This document shows, piece after piece, positions 45,532 to 54,461 of a stretch of DNA of 64,000 bases (positions are counted from its first letter, which is position 1; every line of letters starts with the position of its first letter). The position numbers and the translations under genes were made by a program. The stretch is from a bacterium (GTDB lineage: Bacteria; Krumholzibacteriota; Krumholzibacteriia; LZORAL124-64-63), in contig PIVY01000001.1 in the NCBI GenBank assembly GCA_003353795.1, positions 16,932 to 80,931 on the forward strand, written 5' to 3'. The notes beneath the pieces were generated by a model. It was not told the origin of the DNA. It did not search any database and saw nothing but the letters and a program-made list of their open reading frames with translations.

Positions 45532-46476
45532 ATGACAGGATTCGCCTTACACAAGGCCAGCCCGCTGGTTTTCGTGGTCCTGCTACTGTTCGCGCTGCCC
45601 TCAACCGCCAAATTGCTGATCCCCCAGGACGTCCACGGTGTGACCGTGGTTCTGAGCGGAGGCTGGGAGTATCCGGATCTGACGGTGCGCTGGTCCGACG
45701 ACAGCGACGGTCTGTGGGTGTTCCGCTCGGACGGCGCCAGGCGGTTGTATCGGCCCGAAGAGCTGGTCGGTATCCGCGACGCCGCGGGCGGTGACGTGAC
45801 ACGGACCATCATTCCTCCGTCGGTTATGCCCCGTCTGGCGGTGATGCCGGGGCAGCCCACGGTTCCGGGTCAGCCACTGCCAGAGCAGCCGCCGGGCGAG
45901 ATGGGTGGCGGCGACCCACCCGCGGAGCCGCGCATCCGGGATTGGCGATTCCTGCTGGGCATCGAGGCCGGCTGGGGCAAACCTCACGACAACGATTTCC
46001 TCAACAGCCGTGGCGGTCTCGGAGTTGGCGCGAGCGTGCGCCTGCAACTCGGCGGCGGAATATACCTCGCCGGTGGCTACGATCGTCAGGCCCTTCACAT
46101 GGAATACGGCGACGTGCTCTATCCGGAAGACGGTATGGAGTTCGCTAGCCTGCAGTATGGGGCCGACGACGGTCAGCTGCGCGGATTCTGGGCCGGGCTG
46201 GCGCTGCTCTCGGCGGCGGACGGCCCGGAGGCGGCCCGTTTCTATCTCGAGGGCGGCGTCGGTCGTTACGAGGTGGTGGGCATGCCGGTCTTCAGCGCTG
46301 AAGACGCATACCTGGGCTACCACGCGGGCGTGGGTTTCTTGATTCCGCTCGGCCCTGCGATCGCCCTGGATCTGGGTGCTCGCGGCACTCACGTCGTGAA
46401 TCTGGATCTCGGCTATGGCGACGACACCCACTCGGTGGTCGCCTTCCGTGCCGGTCTCGCCATTCTCGCGCGCTGA
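45532..46476 (+). CDS. exported protein: N-terminal small beta domain, Pro-rich linker, C-terminal OMP-type beta-barrel (paralogue A)
   Basis: Signal MTGFALHKASPLVFVVLLLFALPSTA. GWEYPDLTVRWSDDSDGLWVFRSDGARRLY. Linker PGQPTVPGQPLPEQPPGE. Gly/aromatic alternating strands to the end (VVAFRAGLAILAR). Confidence 0.6.
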   Translation: MTGFALHKASPLVFVVLLLFALPSTAKLLIPQDVHGVTVVLSGGWEYPDLTVRWSDDSDGLWVFRSDGARRLYRPEELVGIRDAAGGDVTRTIIPPSVMPRLAVMPGQPTVPGQPLPEQPPGEMGGGDPPAEPRIRDWRFLLGIEAGWGKPHDNDFLNSRGGLGVGASVRLQLGGGIYLAGGYDRQALHMEYGDVLYPEDGMEFASLQYGADDGQLRGFWAGLALLSAADGPEAARFYLEGGVGRYEVVGMPVFSAEDAYLGYHAGVGFLIPLGPAIALDLGARGTHVVNLDLGYGDDTHSVVAFRAGLAILAR

Positions 46477-46507
46477 ACAGACGCCGAATCGATCCTGGAG
46501 GGGAATC

Positions 46508-47419
46508 ATGAAGATATTGACGACCATCCTGTCGATCCTGGTCCTGTTGGCGGGCGCTTGTCCTGTGGCGGGACAGACGATTCCGGACGACGCCTGGACC
46601 AACGTGACCGTGCTGCTCGTCGACGGATGGCGCTATCGCGACGTCACCGTCTACCTCGACGAATTCGGCGCCGGGATGTGGCTGCTGCGTGGTGACGGCG
46701 CCGAGCGGCTGGTGCCCGCCGGCCGGGTCATGCAGATCGTCGGACCTGACGGCGACGACATCACGGCCATCGTGATGTCGGGGCAGAGCCCGCCGGGTGG
46801 CGCGCCGCCGCCTGTGCAGCAACCGGGATGGGCCGGCAAACCGACGACCGAGGGCTGGGACGAGGCTATCGTACCGGCTGCTCAGCAGGCGAGCGACCCC
46901 GAACTCGAGATCCGACCGTTCAAGCTGGCATTCACCCTCGAGGGCGGGTACGGCTTTCCCATGAGCGGCCGGTACGAGGCGTACGAACCCAGCTGGTCCG
47001 CCGGCGCGCGGTTGCGCATCGGCACCAGCCACCGCAGCTATCTCGGCCTCGGATACCGGTACCAGGACCTGGGCACTCGCAACCGGTACGCGAACACCTA
47101 CGATTCCAACCTGGACATCTACGAGGGATCCTTCGGCTGGATGAACGGTGCGCCGGGAAATCGTCCTCGCAGCTATTTTGAGCTGGGAGCGGCGTTCATC
47201 CAGAGGAAGGTTTCGTTTACCACTGACGAGGACATGTATCGGTACTCCCAGAACGAGGGCGCGTTCCTGGTGCGTGGTGGTGTCCTGATCCCGTTCGGTG
47301 AGGGATTCGGACTCGACCTCGGCTGCTCGTGGACCTACAAGGCCCTGATCTTCACCGACGAACACGAGCCGACCAGTTCGCTGCTCAGCCTGCACCTGGG
47401 ACTGACCTGGATGAATTGA
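46508..47419 (+). CDS. exported protein, paralogue B of 45532-46476
   Basis: GGAGGGG precedes ATG 46508. Signal MKILTTILSILVLLAGA. GWRYRDVTVYLDEFGAGMWLLRGDGAERLV. Pro-rich linker. Barrel-like C-terminus ending LSLHLGLTWMN. Confidence 0.6.
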   Translation: MKILTTILSILVLLAGACPVAGQTIPDDAWTNVTVLLVDGWRYRDVTVYLDEFGAGMWLLRGDGAERLVPAGRVMQIVGPDGDDITAIVMSGQSPPGGAPPPVQQPGWAGKPTTEGWDEAIVPAAQQASDPELEIRPFKLAFTLEGGYGFPMSGRYEAYEPSWSAGARLRIGTSHRSYLGLGYRYQDLGTRNRYANTYDSNLDIYEGSFGWMNGAPGNRPRSYFELGAAFIQRKVSFTTDEDMYRYSQNEGAFLVRGGVLIPFGEGFGLDLGCSWTYKALIFTDEHEPTSSLLSLHLGLTWMN

Positions 47420-47514
47420 CGGCGGCGGCCATGCAATCCACCTGACAGCGGTCTCGCGCTCCGTTATTCTCGACGGCGCGAGACCGCTTCTTCGTTTGCC
47501 GCGAAAGGATCCCC

Positions 47515-48786
47515 ATGAATCGCTCGAAGTGCCTGACCCTCGTCGCTGGCTGGCTGTTGATCACCGTCGTTGTCTGCCCGGCCCAGGACCTCGTCTACCG
47601 CGAGAAGAATCAGTACCCCGTGCTCGACGAGATCCGGGCCGCCCGGGCCGCCCGGCAAGCGGTCAGCGATTCGCTCGTGGCGGAGGCCGACGCCCGCCAC
47701 GAGGCCGAGCGCGAGGCCCGCGACGACGCAGCGCTCTCGCTGCGCCTGGACTGGTCGGACATCAAGGTGCCGGCCGGGCCCGACGCGTTCGACAGCGCCT
47801 GGCATCTGCCGCCCACGCCCCAGTTCTACACCGGCAGTTGCTGGGCCTTCTGCTCGATCTCATACCTGGAGTCGGAGATCCAGCGTCTTCATGGCCGCGA
47901 GGTGAAGCTGTCGGAGATGTGGATCGTGTACAACGAGTACGTGGAGAAGGCCCGCCGCTTCCTGCGCGAGTTCGGTCACAGCGTGGTGGCCGAGGGCAGC
48001 CAGGATCACGGTACTCTGGAGGTCTGCCGGCTCTATGGAGTGGTTCCCCGCGAGGCCTACGTCGGCGTGCTCACCGAGGACGGCCGTCACGATCACACGC
48101 CGCTCATGCGGGAGCTGAACGGCTACCTGGACTGGGTCCGCGACAGCGGTGCCTGGGACGAGGAGCGGAACCTGGACACCGTGCGGGCCATCCTCGACAA
48201 GCACCTCGGCGCCCCGCCCACCGAGTTCACATACCAGGGCAGTGTTTTCACTCCCCAGTCGTTCTTCTCGGAGGTATGCGCCCTCGATCTGGATCAGTAC
48301 GTGAGCTGCGTCTCGCGCCTCGACGCACCCTTCGGGACCTTCGTGCTTCTGGACGTCCGCGACAACTGGCGTCGCAAGGACGACTACCTGAATCTGCCGT
48401 TGAAGGACTGGTACGACGTGCTGCGCAGCACGATCAAGGACGGTCAGACGGTTGCCTTCGGCGGTGACAATTCAGAACCCGGCATGGACGGCGTGCACGA
48501 CGCGGCGGTGATTCCCGCGTGGGACATCCCGGCCAAGGCCATCGATCAGGAATCCCGGGAGATGCGCATCGCCAACGGCCAGACCGGCGACGATCATGGC
48601 GTGCATTGCGTGGGCTACAAGAAGCACAAGGGTCGCGAATGGTTCCTGATCAAGGACTCGAACCGCTCGTCGCGGCTTGGCCAGTATGAGGGTTATTACA
48701 TGTGGGATGGTGACTACATCCGGCTCAAGATGCTGTCCTATCTTGTCCACCGCGATCATCTACAAGGATTGCTTCCTGACGGGTAG
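47515..48786 (+). CDS. C1-family cysteine peptidase (aminopeptidase C/bleomycin-hydrolase-like) with a signal peptide
   Basis: QFYTGSCWAFCSISYLE (catalytic Cys), DDHGVHCVGY (His), FLIKDSNRS...GYYMWDGDYIRLKM (Asn region and PepC-like tail). N-terminus MNRSKCLTLVAGWLLITVVVCPAQ. Confidence 0.75.
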   Translation: MNRSKCLTLVAGWLLITVVVCPAQDLVYREKNQYPVLDEIRAARAARQAVSDSLVAEADARHEAEREARDDAALSLRLDWSDIKVPAGPDAFDSAWHLPPTPQFYTGSCWAFCSISYLESEIQRLHGREVKLSEMWIVYNEYVEKARRFLREFGHSVVAEGSQDHGTLEVCRLYGVVPREAYVGVLTEDGRHDHTPLMRELNGYLDWVRDSGAWDEERNLDTVRAILDKHLGAPPTEFTYQGSVFTPQSFFSEVCALDLDQYVSCVSRLDAPFGTFVLLDVRDNWRRKDDYLNLPLKDWYDVLRSTIKDGQTVAFGGDNSEPGMDGVHDAAVIPAWDIPAKAIDQESREMRIANGQTGDDHGVHCVGYKKHKGREWFLIKDSNRSSRLGQYEGYYMWDGDYIRLKMLSYLVHRDHLQGLLPDG

Positions 48787-49022
48787 CCCCGACGCAATTC
48801 TCGAGTAGCCGCGCCTCCGCCTGGCAGGGGCGCGATTCTGTTTGTCCGCGGTCCTCGGGGCATGGAACTTGATTACCGATCTCCTTCGATTCGCGGCCCG
48901 TGCGGAACGCCGATGTCGCGGAGTAAGTGAAAACTGCAAATAGCGCATTTGCTGGAACTTGCAGCGCCACTGGCGGTTCGAGGGATCTGCCGGACGACGG
49001 GGAAATCGAAGGAGAGATTGCG

Positions 49023-49169
49023 ATGTTCAACGACATCCATCACGACGAGCAGACCGTGGGACGCGACGATCGCGATCTCATCGCGGACAACCTGAAACGG
49101 ATCAAGGAATCGATCTACGGCGGGGGCGAAGAACGGCCTGCATCGTCGGGACGCGACCGCGAAGGCTGA
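49023..49169 (+). CDS. possible 48-aa acidic small protein
   Basis: AAGGAGAG ends 8 nt before ATG 49023. MFNDIHHDEQTVGRDDRDLIADNLKRIKESIYGGGEERPASSGRDREG has GC3-rich codons and is followed by a strong hairpin. No family recognised. Confidence 0.4.
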   Translation: MFNDIHHDEQTVGRDDRDLIADNLKRIKESIYGGGEERPASSGRDREG

Positions 49170-49191
49170 GGCGCGCGCATACCACGAAATA

Positions 49192-49228
49192 CGAAGCGGC
49201 GCCGGTTCCGGGAACCGGCGCCGCTTCG
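49192..49228. terminator. 18-bp-arm palindromic hairpin between convergent genes
   Basis: CGAAGCGGCGCCGGTTCC / GGAACCGGCGCCGCTTCG lies between stop 49169 (+) and stop 49242 (-). No U-tract on either side. Confidence 0.55.
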
Positions 49229-49241
49229 CGTCGACAGGTGA

Positions 49242-50285
49242 TCAGTCCCGCCAATCGGTGACGAAGATGTTGGTCTCGCGCGGGTTGCTGTTGTGGCGGT
49301 TCGAGGCGAACACCAGTCGCTTGCCGTCGGGGCTGAACATGGGGAAGCCGTCGAAGTCGTCCGTCCAGGTGATGCGCTCGAGATTGCTGCCGTCGGTGTT
49401 GATCATCCACAGGTCGAACTCGCGGCCGCGGGGGTCGGGATGGTTGGAGCTGAAGAGGATCTTCTCGCCCGACGGATGGAAGAACGGCGCGAACGAAGCG
49501 CAGCCCAGGTCGGTGACCTGCCGCTGGTTCGAACCGTCGATGTCCATGACCCAGACGTCGAGCTGGCCCGGCCGGATCAGTCCCTCCCCGAGCAGCCGCT
49601 GGTAGTCGGCCAGGGCGTCGCCCTCGGGGTGGCTGGCGCGGTACACGATCTGCTTGCCGTCGGGGCTGAAGAAGGGACCGCCGTCGTAGCCGGGCCTGTC
49701 GGTGAGCCGCTTAACGCGGCCGCCCTCGAGGTCCATGGTGTAGATGTCCAGATCGCCGTCGCGCATGGAGGTGAAGACGATGGACTTGCCGTCAGGGGAG
49801 ACGGTGGCCTCGGCGTCGTAACCGGGTTCGTCGGTGAGGTCCACGAGCTCACCCGTTTCGGTGTCCAGGCGCACGATCTCGTAGCTGTCGTAGATGGGCC
49901 AGACGTAGCCTTGGCTGTGGTCGGGCGTCGGCGGACAGGCCGGGTCGGCGCCGTGGGTGGAGGCGTAGACGATGTAGCGGTCGTCCTCGCCGGCGAAGTA
50001 GGCGCAGGTAGTGCGGCCCTTGCCGGTGGACACCAGTTCCGCCTCGCCGCCGACGGCAGCAATCACGTAGATCTGGTCACAGTCGTACGGCGGACGGTTG
50101 CTCTGCAGCACCAGTCGCTTGCCGTCGAGGCTCCAGTAGGCTTCGGCGTTCTCGGCCCCGTCGGTGATCATGAGCAGGGGCCCGAAGTGGACCTCGCGCT
50201 CGTCCGGGGCATGGGTACGGGGCAAGTCGCCGGCGGCGGCGACGGTCGAGATCAAGACGATGAGCAGTACGAGCAAACGGATCAC
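49242..50285 (-). CDS. periplasmic TolB-like WD40/PD40 beta-propeller protein
   Basis: Repeated PD40 units: SLDGKRLVLQSNR, SPDGKSIVFTSMRDGDLDIYTM, SPDGKQIVYRASH, SPDGKRLVFASNR. GTG 50285 lies 5 nt after GAGGAG. Signal VIRLLVLLIVLISTVAAA. Confidence 0.8.
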   Translation of the reverse strand: MIRLLVLLIVLISTVAAAGDLPRTHAPDEREVHFGPLLMITDGAENAEAYWSLDGKRLVLQSNRPPYDCDQIYVIAAVGGEAELVSTGKGRTTCAYFAGEDDRYIVYASTHGADPACPPTPDHSQGYVWPIYDSYEIVRLDTETGELVDLTDEPGYDAEATVSPDGKSIVFTSMRDGDLDIYTMDLEGGRVKRLTDRPGYDGGPFFSPDGKQIVYRASHPEGDALADYQRLLGEGLIRPGQLDVWVMDIDGSNQRQVTDLGCASFAPFFHPSGEKILFSSNHPDPRGREFDLWMINTDGSNLERITWTDDFDGFPMFSPDGKRLVFASNRHNSNPRETNIFVTDWRD

Positions 50286-50287
50286 GG

Positions 50288-51481
50288 TCACTCCTCGGGT
50301 TGGGTGGGGCCGAGGTCGGCGGTGGCGGGATCGCTTTCCCACTGTTCCACACACACGCCTCGGCGTTCGAGTTCGGCCAGCATGCGTCCGGCCGGGATGA
50401 TGGTTTCCTGCGGACGGGCGCCTGGCGAGTCTACCTCGCCCGACGCCAGCAGACGCGCGATGATCGCGGCCGGGAACCCGGTCATGCGCATCATGGCGCT
50501 CAGTTCCGTGTCGGGATCGTTGCGGTCGATGATGCGGATGCTGCTTCGAACGGCCCGACCGGCAACGAATCCTTCGGCCTCGGCCAGTACCAGCACCACG
50601 TCGTCGCCTTCGTGGGGCAGCACGGTCTCGAGACAGTGCGCGAGGACGTTGCGGGGCGTGATGGTCACGCCTCCGATGACCGCCTCGTCACTGGACGTCA
50701 GGCCCAGGCCGTGCAGCAACCGGATCTGCTCGCAATGGCCGCGGTAGCGGATGGTCTTGTAGTCGAGGCTGGTGACCTTGCCGAGCAACGACTGGGGCAG
50801 GGTCGAGGTGCCGCCACTGGTCTGGAAGGCTTCCAGTTCACCGAAGGGTTCGGGGAAAACCAGGGTCTCGAGCTCCGAGAGCCCCGGCACCGTGAGGATC
50901 GCGCCGTCGCGAATCACAGCGCAGTCCTCGATGTACTCGTTGATCAGGCCCTGCACAGAGAACACGATCTGGTAGTTCAGGGGCGGGCGTGGCGCCGCCG
51001 GCAGACCACCCACTCGCAGGCTCACCGATTCACACGTGTCGAAGCTCTCGGCGAGGTGCCAGCCGAGAATGCCGGCGAGGCCCGGCGCCAGTCCGGTGTC
51101 CGGCACCACCGTGACGCCGGCTGCGCGGGCGCTGTCGTCGCGGGCGAGCTGGCGGGCCACCACGTCGTTGTTGCCGCCCAGGTCCAGGAAGTGGGCGCCG
51201 TGGGCGATGGCCAGGGCCGTGAGGTCGTCGTTGAACCAGTAGTTGACCGCCGAGATCAGCACGTCGGCAACGCCGGCCAGGGGAGCCAGGAACGCGGCGT
51301 CCGAGACGTCGCCTGCCACGGTGGTGAGCCTCTCCTCGGTGCCGAATCGGGCGGCGAGACGGTCGAGTGAGGCATGATCGCGATCGACCACCACCAGGCC
51401 GGTGGTATCGTCGACCTGACGCAGGAGATCCCAGGCGATGGCCGTGCCCTGGAGGCCGGCGCCGAGCAGCAGGTATTTCAC
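50288..51481 (-). CDS. saccharopine dehydrogenase-family NAD(P)-binding oxidoreductase
   Basis: MKYLLLGAGLQGTAIAWDLL (Rossmann GxGxxG). The length and layout are typical of the saccharopine dehydrogenase-like family. The stop lies 2 nt before the next gene's start. Confidence 0.7.
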   Translation of the reverse strand: MKYLLLGAGLQGTAIAWDLLRQVDDTTGLVVVDRDHASLDRLAARFGTEERLTTVAGDVSDAAFLAPLAGVADVLISAVNYWFNDDLTALAIAHGAHFLDLGGNNDVVARQLARDDSARAAGVTVVPDTGLAPGLAGILGWHLAESFDTCESVSLRVGGLPAAPRPPLNYQIVFSVQGLINEYIEDCAVIRDGAILTVPGLSELETLVFPEPFGELEAFQTSGGTSTLPQSLLGKVTSLDYKTIRYRGHCEQIRLLHGLGLTSSDEAVIGGVTITPRNVLAHCLETVLPHEGDDVVLVLAEAEGFVAGRAVRSSIRIIDRNDPDTELSAMMRMTGFPAAIIARLLASGEVDSPGARPQETIIPAGRMLAELERRGVCVEQWESDPATADLGPTQPEE

Positions 51482-51700
51482 GAGACGATTCTCCTGGGAG
51501 GCGAGCGCGCGCGGGCGCCGGCACGGGATCGGAGCCCAGATGATCGCGGCACCCTAACAACGTCGGGCCCCGCTGGCAAGAATCGGCACGGACAACGGGT
51601 TTGACCGGGGGCCGTGGGAGGTCTACCATCGCGGCCAGGCAACTCCGGGCCCGAGCGACGGCGAACGGCCCAACCGGCTTTCTACCGCCAAGGAGCGACC

Positions 51701-52588
51701 ATGGATTCCAAGATCCTGCAGGCGCAGCTGCTGGAGTTGATCCGGCGCACGTCGTCGCGGCTGCCGGGCGATGTGGTACGGTCCATCGAGAAGGGCTGGC
51801 GCAAGGAGAAGAAAGGCTCCACCGCCAAGTATGCTCTCAAGGTGGTCCTGGACAATATCGCCATGGCCCGCGACAAGTCGCAGCCCCTGTGCCAGGACAC
51901 CGGCACCATCATCTGCTACGCCGATCTTCCCGCCTGGTGCGACGAGCCCACGTTCAAGAAAGCCTACGAGCGCGCCGTGGTGCAGGCCACCAAGAAGGGC
52001 TACCTGCGGCAGAACTCGGTGGACTCGATCACGGGCAAGAATTCCGGCAACAACCTGGGCCCCGGCAACCCCGCGTTTCATCTCCACCAGACCCGCGCCC
52101 GGACCCTCACCGTGCGCATGATGCTCAAGGGTGGCGGCTGCGAGAACGTGGGGGCCCAGTACACGGTGCCCGACACCCGGATCGGCGCCGGTCGCGACCT
52201 GGCCGGTGTCCGCAAGTGCATCCTCGACGCGGTGCACCAGGCCCAGGGCAAGGGCTGCGGCCCCGGTATCCTGGGCGTCTGCATCGGCGGCGATCGCGGG
52301 GCCGGGTACCTGGCCAGCAAGGAAGAGTTCTTCCGCGAGATCGACGACGCCAACGACGATCCCCGCCTGGCCCGCATGGAGCGCCAGATCGTCAAGGAGG
52401 CCAACTCCCTGGGCATCGGTCCCATGGGATTCGGCGGCTCGACCACGTTGCTCGGCTGCAAGATCACCCATCGCAACCGGGTGCCGGCCTCGTTCTTCGT
52501 GTCCGTGTCCTACATGTGCTGGGCGTTCCGGCGCGACGGCTTCAAGCTGTCCGAGGGCGGCAAGATCACCAGCTGGCTGTACGAGTAG
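51701..52588 (+). CDS. class I fumarate hydratase / tartrate dehydratase-type, alpha (N-terminal domain) subunit
   Basis: AAGGAG precedes ATG 51701. ...DNIAMARDKSQPLCQDTGTIICY...GGGCENVG...GPMGFGGSTTLLG are Fe-S hydro-lyase alpha blocks. Confidence 0.85.
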   Translation: MDSKILQAQLLELIRRTSSRLPGDVVRSIEKGWRKEKKGSTAKYALKVVLDNIAMARDKSQPLCQDTGTIICYADLPAWCDEPTFKKAYERAVVQATKKGYLRQNSVDSITGKNSGNNLGPGNPAFHLHQTRARTLTVRMMLKGGGCENVGAQYTVPDTRIGAGRDLAGVRKCILDAVHQAQGKGCGPGILGVCIGGDRGAGYLASKEEFFREIDDANDDPRLARMERQIVKEANSLGIGPMGFGGSTTLLGCKITHRNRVPASFFVSVSYMCWAFRRDGFKLSEGGKITSWLYE

Positions 52589-52600
52589 AAGGAGATGACC

Positions 52601-53164
52601 ATGTTGCTCGAAGCTCCCTTCACCGAGGCGAAGATCCGCGCTCTCGAGGTGGGCCAGATGGTGGAGATCTCCGGACTCGTCTACACTGGCCGCGACGCGG
52701 TGCACAAGTATCTCCACGACGGCGGCAAGCCGCCGGTGAATCTCATCAACAGCATCGTCTACCATTGTGGCCCGGTGGTGGTGCAGGAGCGCGGCAAGTG
52801 GGTGGTGAAGGCCGCGGGCCCCACCACCAGCATCCGCGAAGAGCCGTACCAGGGGCCGCTCATGGAGCAGTACAAGATCCGCGGCGTCATCGGCAAGGGG
52901 GGCATGGGGCCCAAGACGCTGGAGTATTGCCGCAAGGTAGGATCTGTCTACTTCCACGCCATCGGCGGTGCCGCCCAGGTTCTGGCCGAGAAGGTCGTCG
53001 CCGTGGAAGGCGTCCACATGCTGGAAGAGTTCGGCTCGCCCGAGGCCATCTGGGAGTTCCGCGTGGAGCGGTTCCCCGTGGTGGTGACCATGGATTCCCA
53101 CGGCCGTTCGTTGCACGAGGATGTGCAGGCGGTCTCGCAGGCGGCGCTCGACCGTCTCGTCTAG
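52601..53164 (+). CDS. class I fumarate hydratase-type, beta (C-terminal domain) subunit
   Basis: AAGGAG lies 6 nt before ATG 52601 (ATG 52595 abuts the RBS). VEISGLVYTGRDAVHKYL...VYHCGPVV...GPTTSIREEPY...GVIGKGGMG. Confidence 0.85.
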   Translation: MLLEAPFTEAKIRALEVGQMVEISGLVYTGRDAVHKYLHDGGKPPVNLINSIVYHCGPVVVQERGKWVVKAAGPTTSIREEPYQGPLMEQYKIRGVIGKGGMGPKTLEYCRKVGSVYFHAIGGAAQVLAEKVVAVEGVHMLEEFGSPEAIWEFRVERFPVVVTMDSHGRSLHEDVQAVSQAALDRLV

Positions 53165-53189
53165 CTGATAGTGCCCGAGGAGGCAGGGT

Positions 53190-54461
53190 TTGAATCAGGA
53201 CACGTCCACGACCGATCAGGAATTCAACCTCGCGGCGATCCTGAACATCCTCTGGCGTCGACGCCTCATCGTGCTGGGTCTGCCGGCGCTGGGGCTCCTC
53301 GTCGGCGTGCTCTACGGCATCCTCGGCACTCGCCGCTGGGAGGCCACGCTCACCATCCGGCCCGGCATCACCGCCTTCAGTCCGGACGGCGGGGCTCATC
53401 GGCAGTGGCAGTTGAAGGACATCACCCGCTGGTACGAGAAGCAGATGTACCGGCACGATCTCGTCGACCGCCTGCAGCTCGGCGACGGCGCACGCCCGGT
53501 GATCGCAGCCGAGTTCATCGCCCAGGGCCTGCAGAACCTGCAGGGCGGAGACGTGATCACGCTCTGGACCACGGGCACGAGTCCGGAACTGGCGGCGGCC
53601 ATGCTGGACACCTCGGTGGTGCTGTTCAACCTCTATGCCGAGGCCGATTCGGTGTCCAGTCAGCTCAAGCTCACCCGCGACGGACTGCAGTTGCAGATCT
53701 TGGGGCTGGAGACCCAGTTGCTTTCGGTGGACAAGCAGGACGCCACCATCACCCTGCGCCTGATGCAGGCCCGGGCCGAGTCGTTGATGGTGGTGGCCGA
53801 GGACCTGGACATGGCCCTGGAACTGGACAAGCTCACCGGCAAGATCGAGTTCTGCAATCGTCGGATTCTCGATCTCCAGGTGGAGGAGCCCCTGCTGCAG
53901 CAGGACCTGACGCAGCTCGACCACACCATGCGCCGCCTCGCGGCCGGCAACATGGACGACACCGGGGAGGAGGACGTGCCCAGCTGGGCGAGGCGTGACG
54001 CGGTGCTCGATTCGGGCGACGTGCTCAATACGCTCGTCCTGGCGAAGCTCGAACTACAACAGGCGTTGGCGCGAAATCGGTCGCTCAATGACAGTCTCAC
54101 CTATACCGCCGAGATGGCCCGGCTCGATCAGGCGAAGCTCGAGATCCAGCGTGAGGTGACGATCCGCTCCAAGATCCGCGATGCCGAGGGCAAGATCGGC
54201 GACCTGCTCCTCGAGCGCGACTTCGACGTGCCCGCCCAGCGTCGCGACCTGCGTAACCAGATCGCCGAACGCACCGTCAAACTCGGTACGATCGCGCCCC
54301 TGCAACGCGTCGGCGACACCATGATCTCCGACAAACCCGTGCGGCCGCGTACCCTGCGGGCCATCATCATTCTGCTGTTCCTGGGCGGCGCCGGCGGACT
54401 GGTTCTGGGCTTCGCCTGGGACTATGTGGCCACTCACCGCCGCGAGATCTTCCGCTCTTGA
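53190..54461 (+). CDS. Wzz/PCP-like polysaccharide chain-length determinant protein (no kinase domain)
   Basis: TTG 53190 lies 6 nt after GAGGAGG. N-terminal TM ILWRRRLIVLGLPALGLLVGVLYGIL, a long coiled-coil periplasmic region, and a C-terminal TM AIIILLFLGGAGGLVLGFAW. Confidence 0.65.
   Translation: MNQDTSTTDQEFNLAAILNILWRRRLIVLGLPALGLLVGVLYGILGTRRWEATLTIRPGITAFSPDGGAHRQWQLKDITRWYEKQMYRHDLVDRLQLGDGARPVIAAEFIAQGLQNLQGGDVITLWTTGTSPELAAAMLDTSVVLFNLYAEADSVSSQLKLTRDGLQLQILGLETQLLSVDKQDATITLRLMQARAESLMVVAEDLDMALELDKLTGKIEFCNRRILDLQVEEPLLQQDLTQLDHTMRRLAAGNMDDTGEEDVPSWARRDAVLDSGDVLNTLVLAKLELQQALARNRSLNDSLTYTAEMARLDQAKLEIQREVTIRSKIRDAEGKIGDLLLERDFDVPAQRRDLRNQIAERTVKLGTIAPLQRVGDTMISDKPVRPRTLRAIIILLFLGGAGGLVLGFAWDYVATHRREIFRS

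Noticed and set aside
48951-48966. A sigma54-type -24/-12 promoter (TGGAAC...TTGCA) upstream of the small ORF.
   Set aside because: The GG and GC elements are adjacent, not separated by the required spacing (TGGCAC-N5-TTGC), so this is not a sigma54 promoter.
48927-49169. The full 80-aa ORF from the track, starting at ATG 48927.
   Set aside because: The first 32 codons have no RBS and overlap the palindromic region. The internal ATG 49023 has a strong AAGGAGAG RBS, so only the 48-aa version is retained, and that with low confidence.
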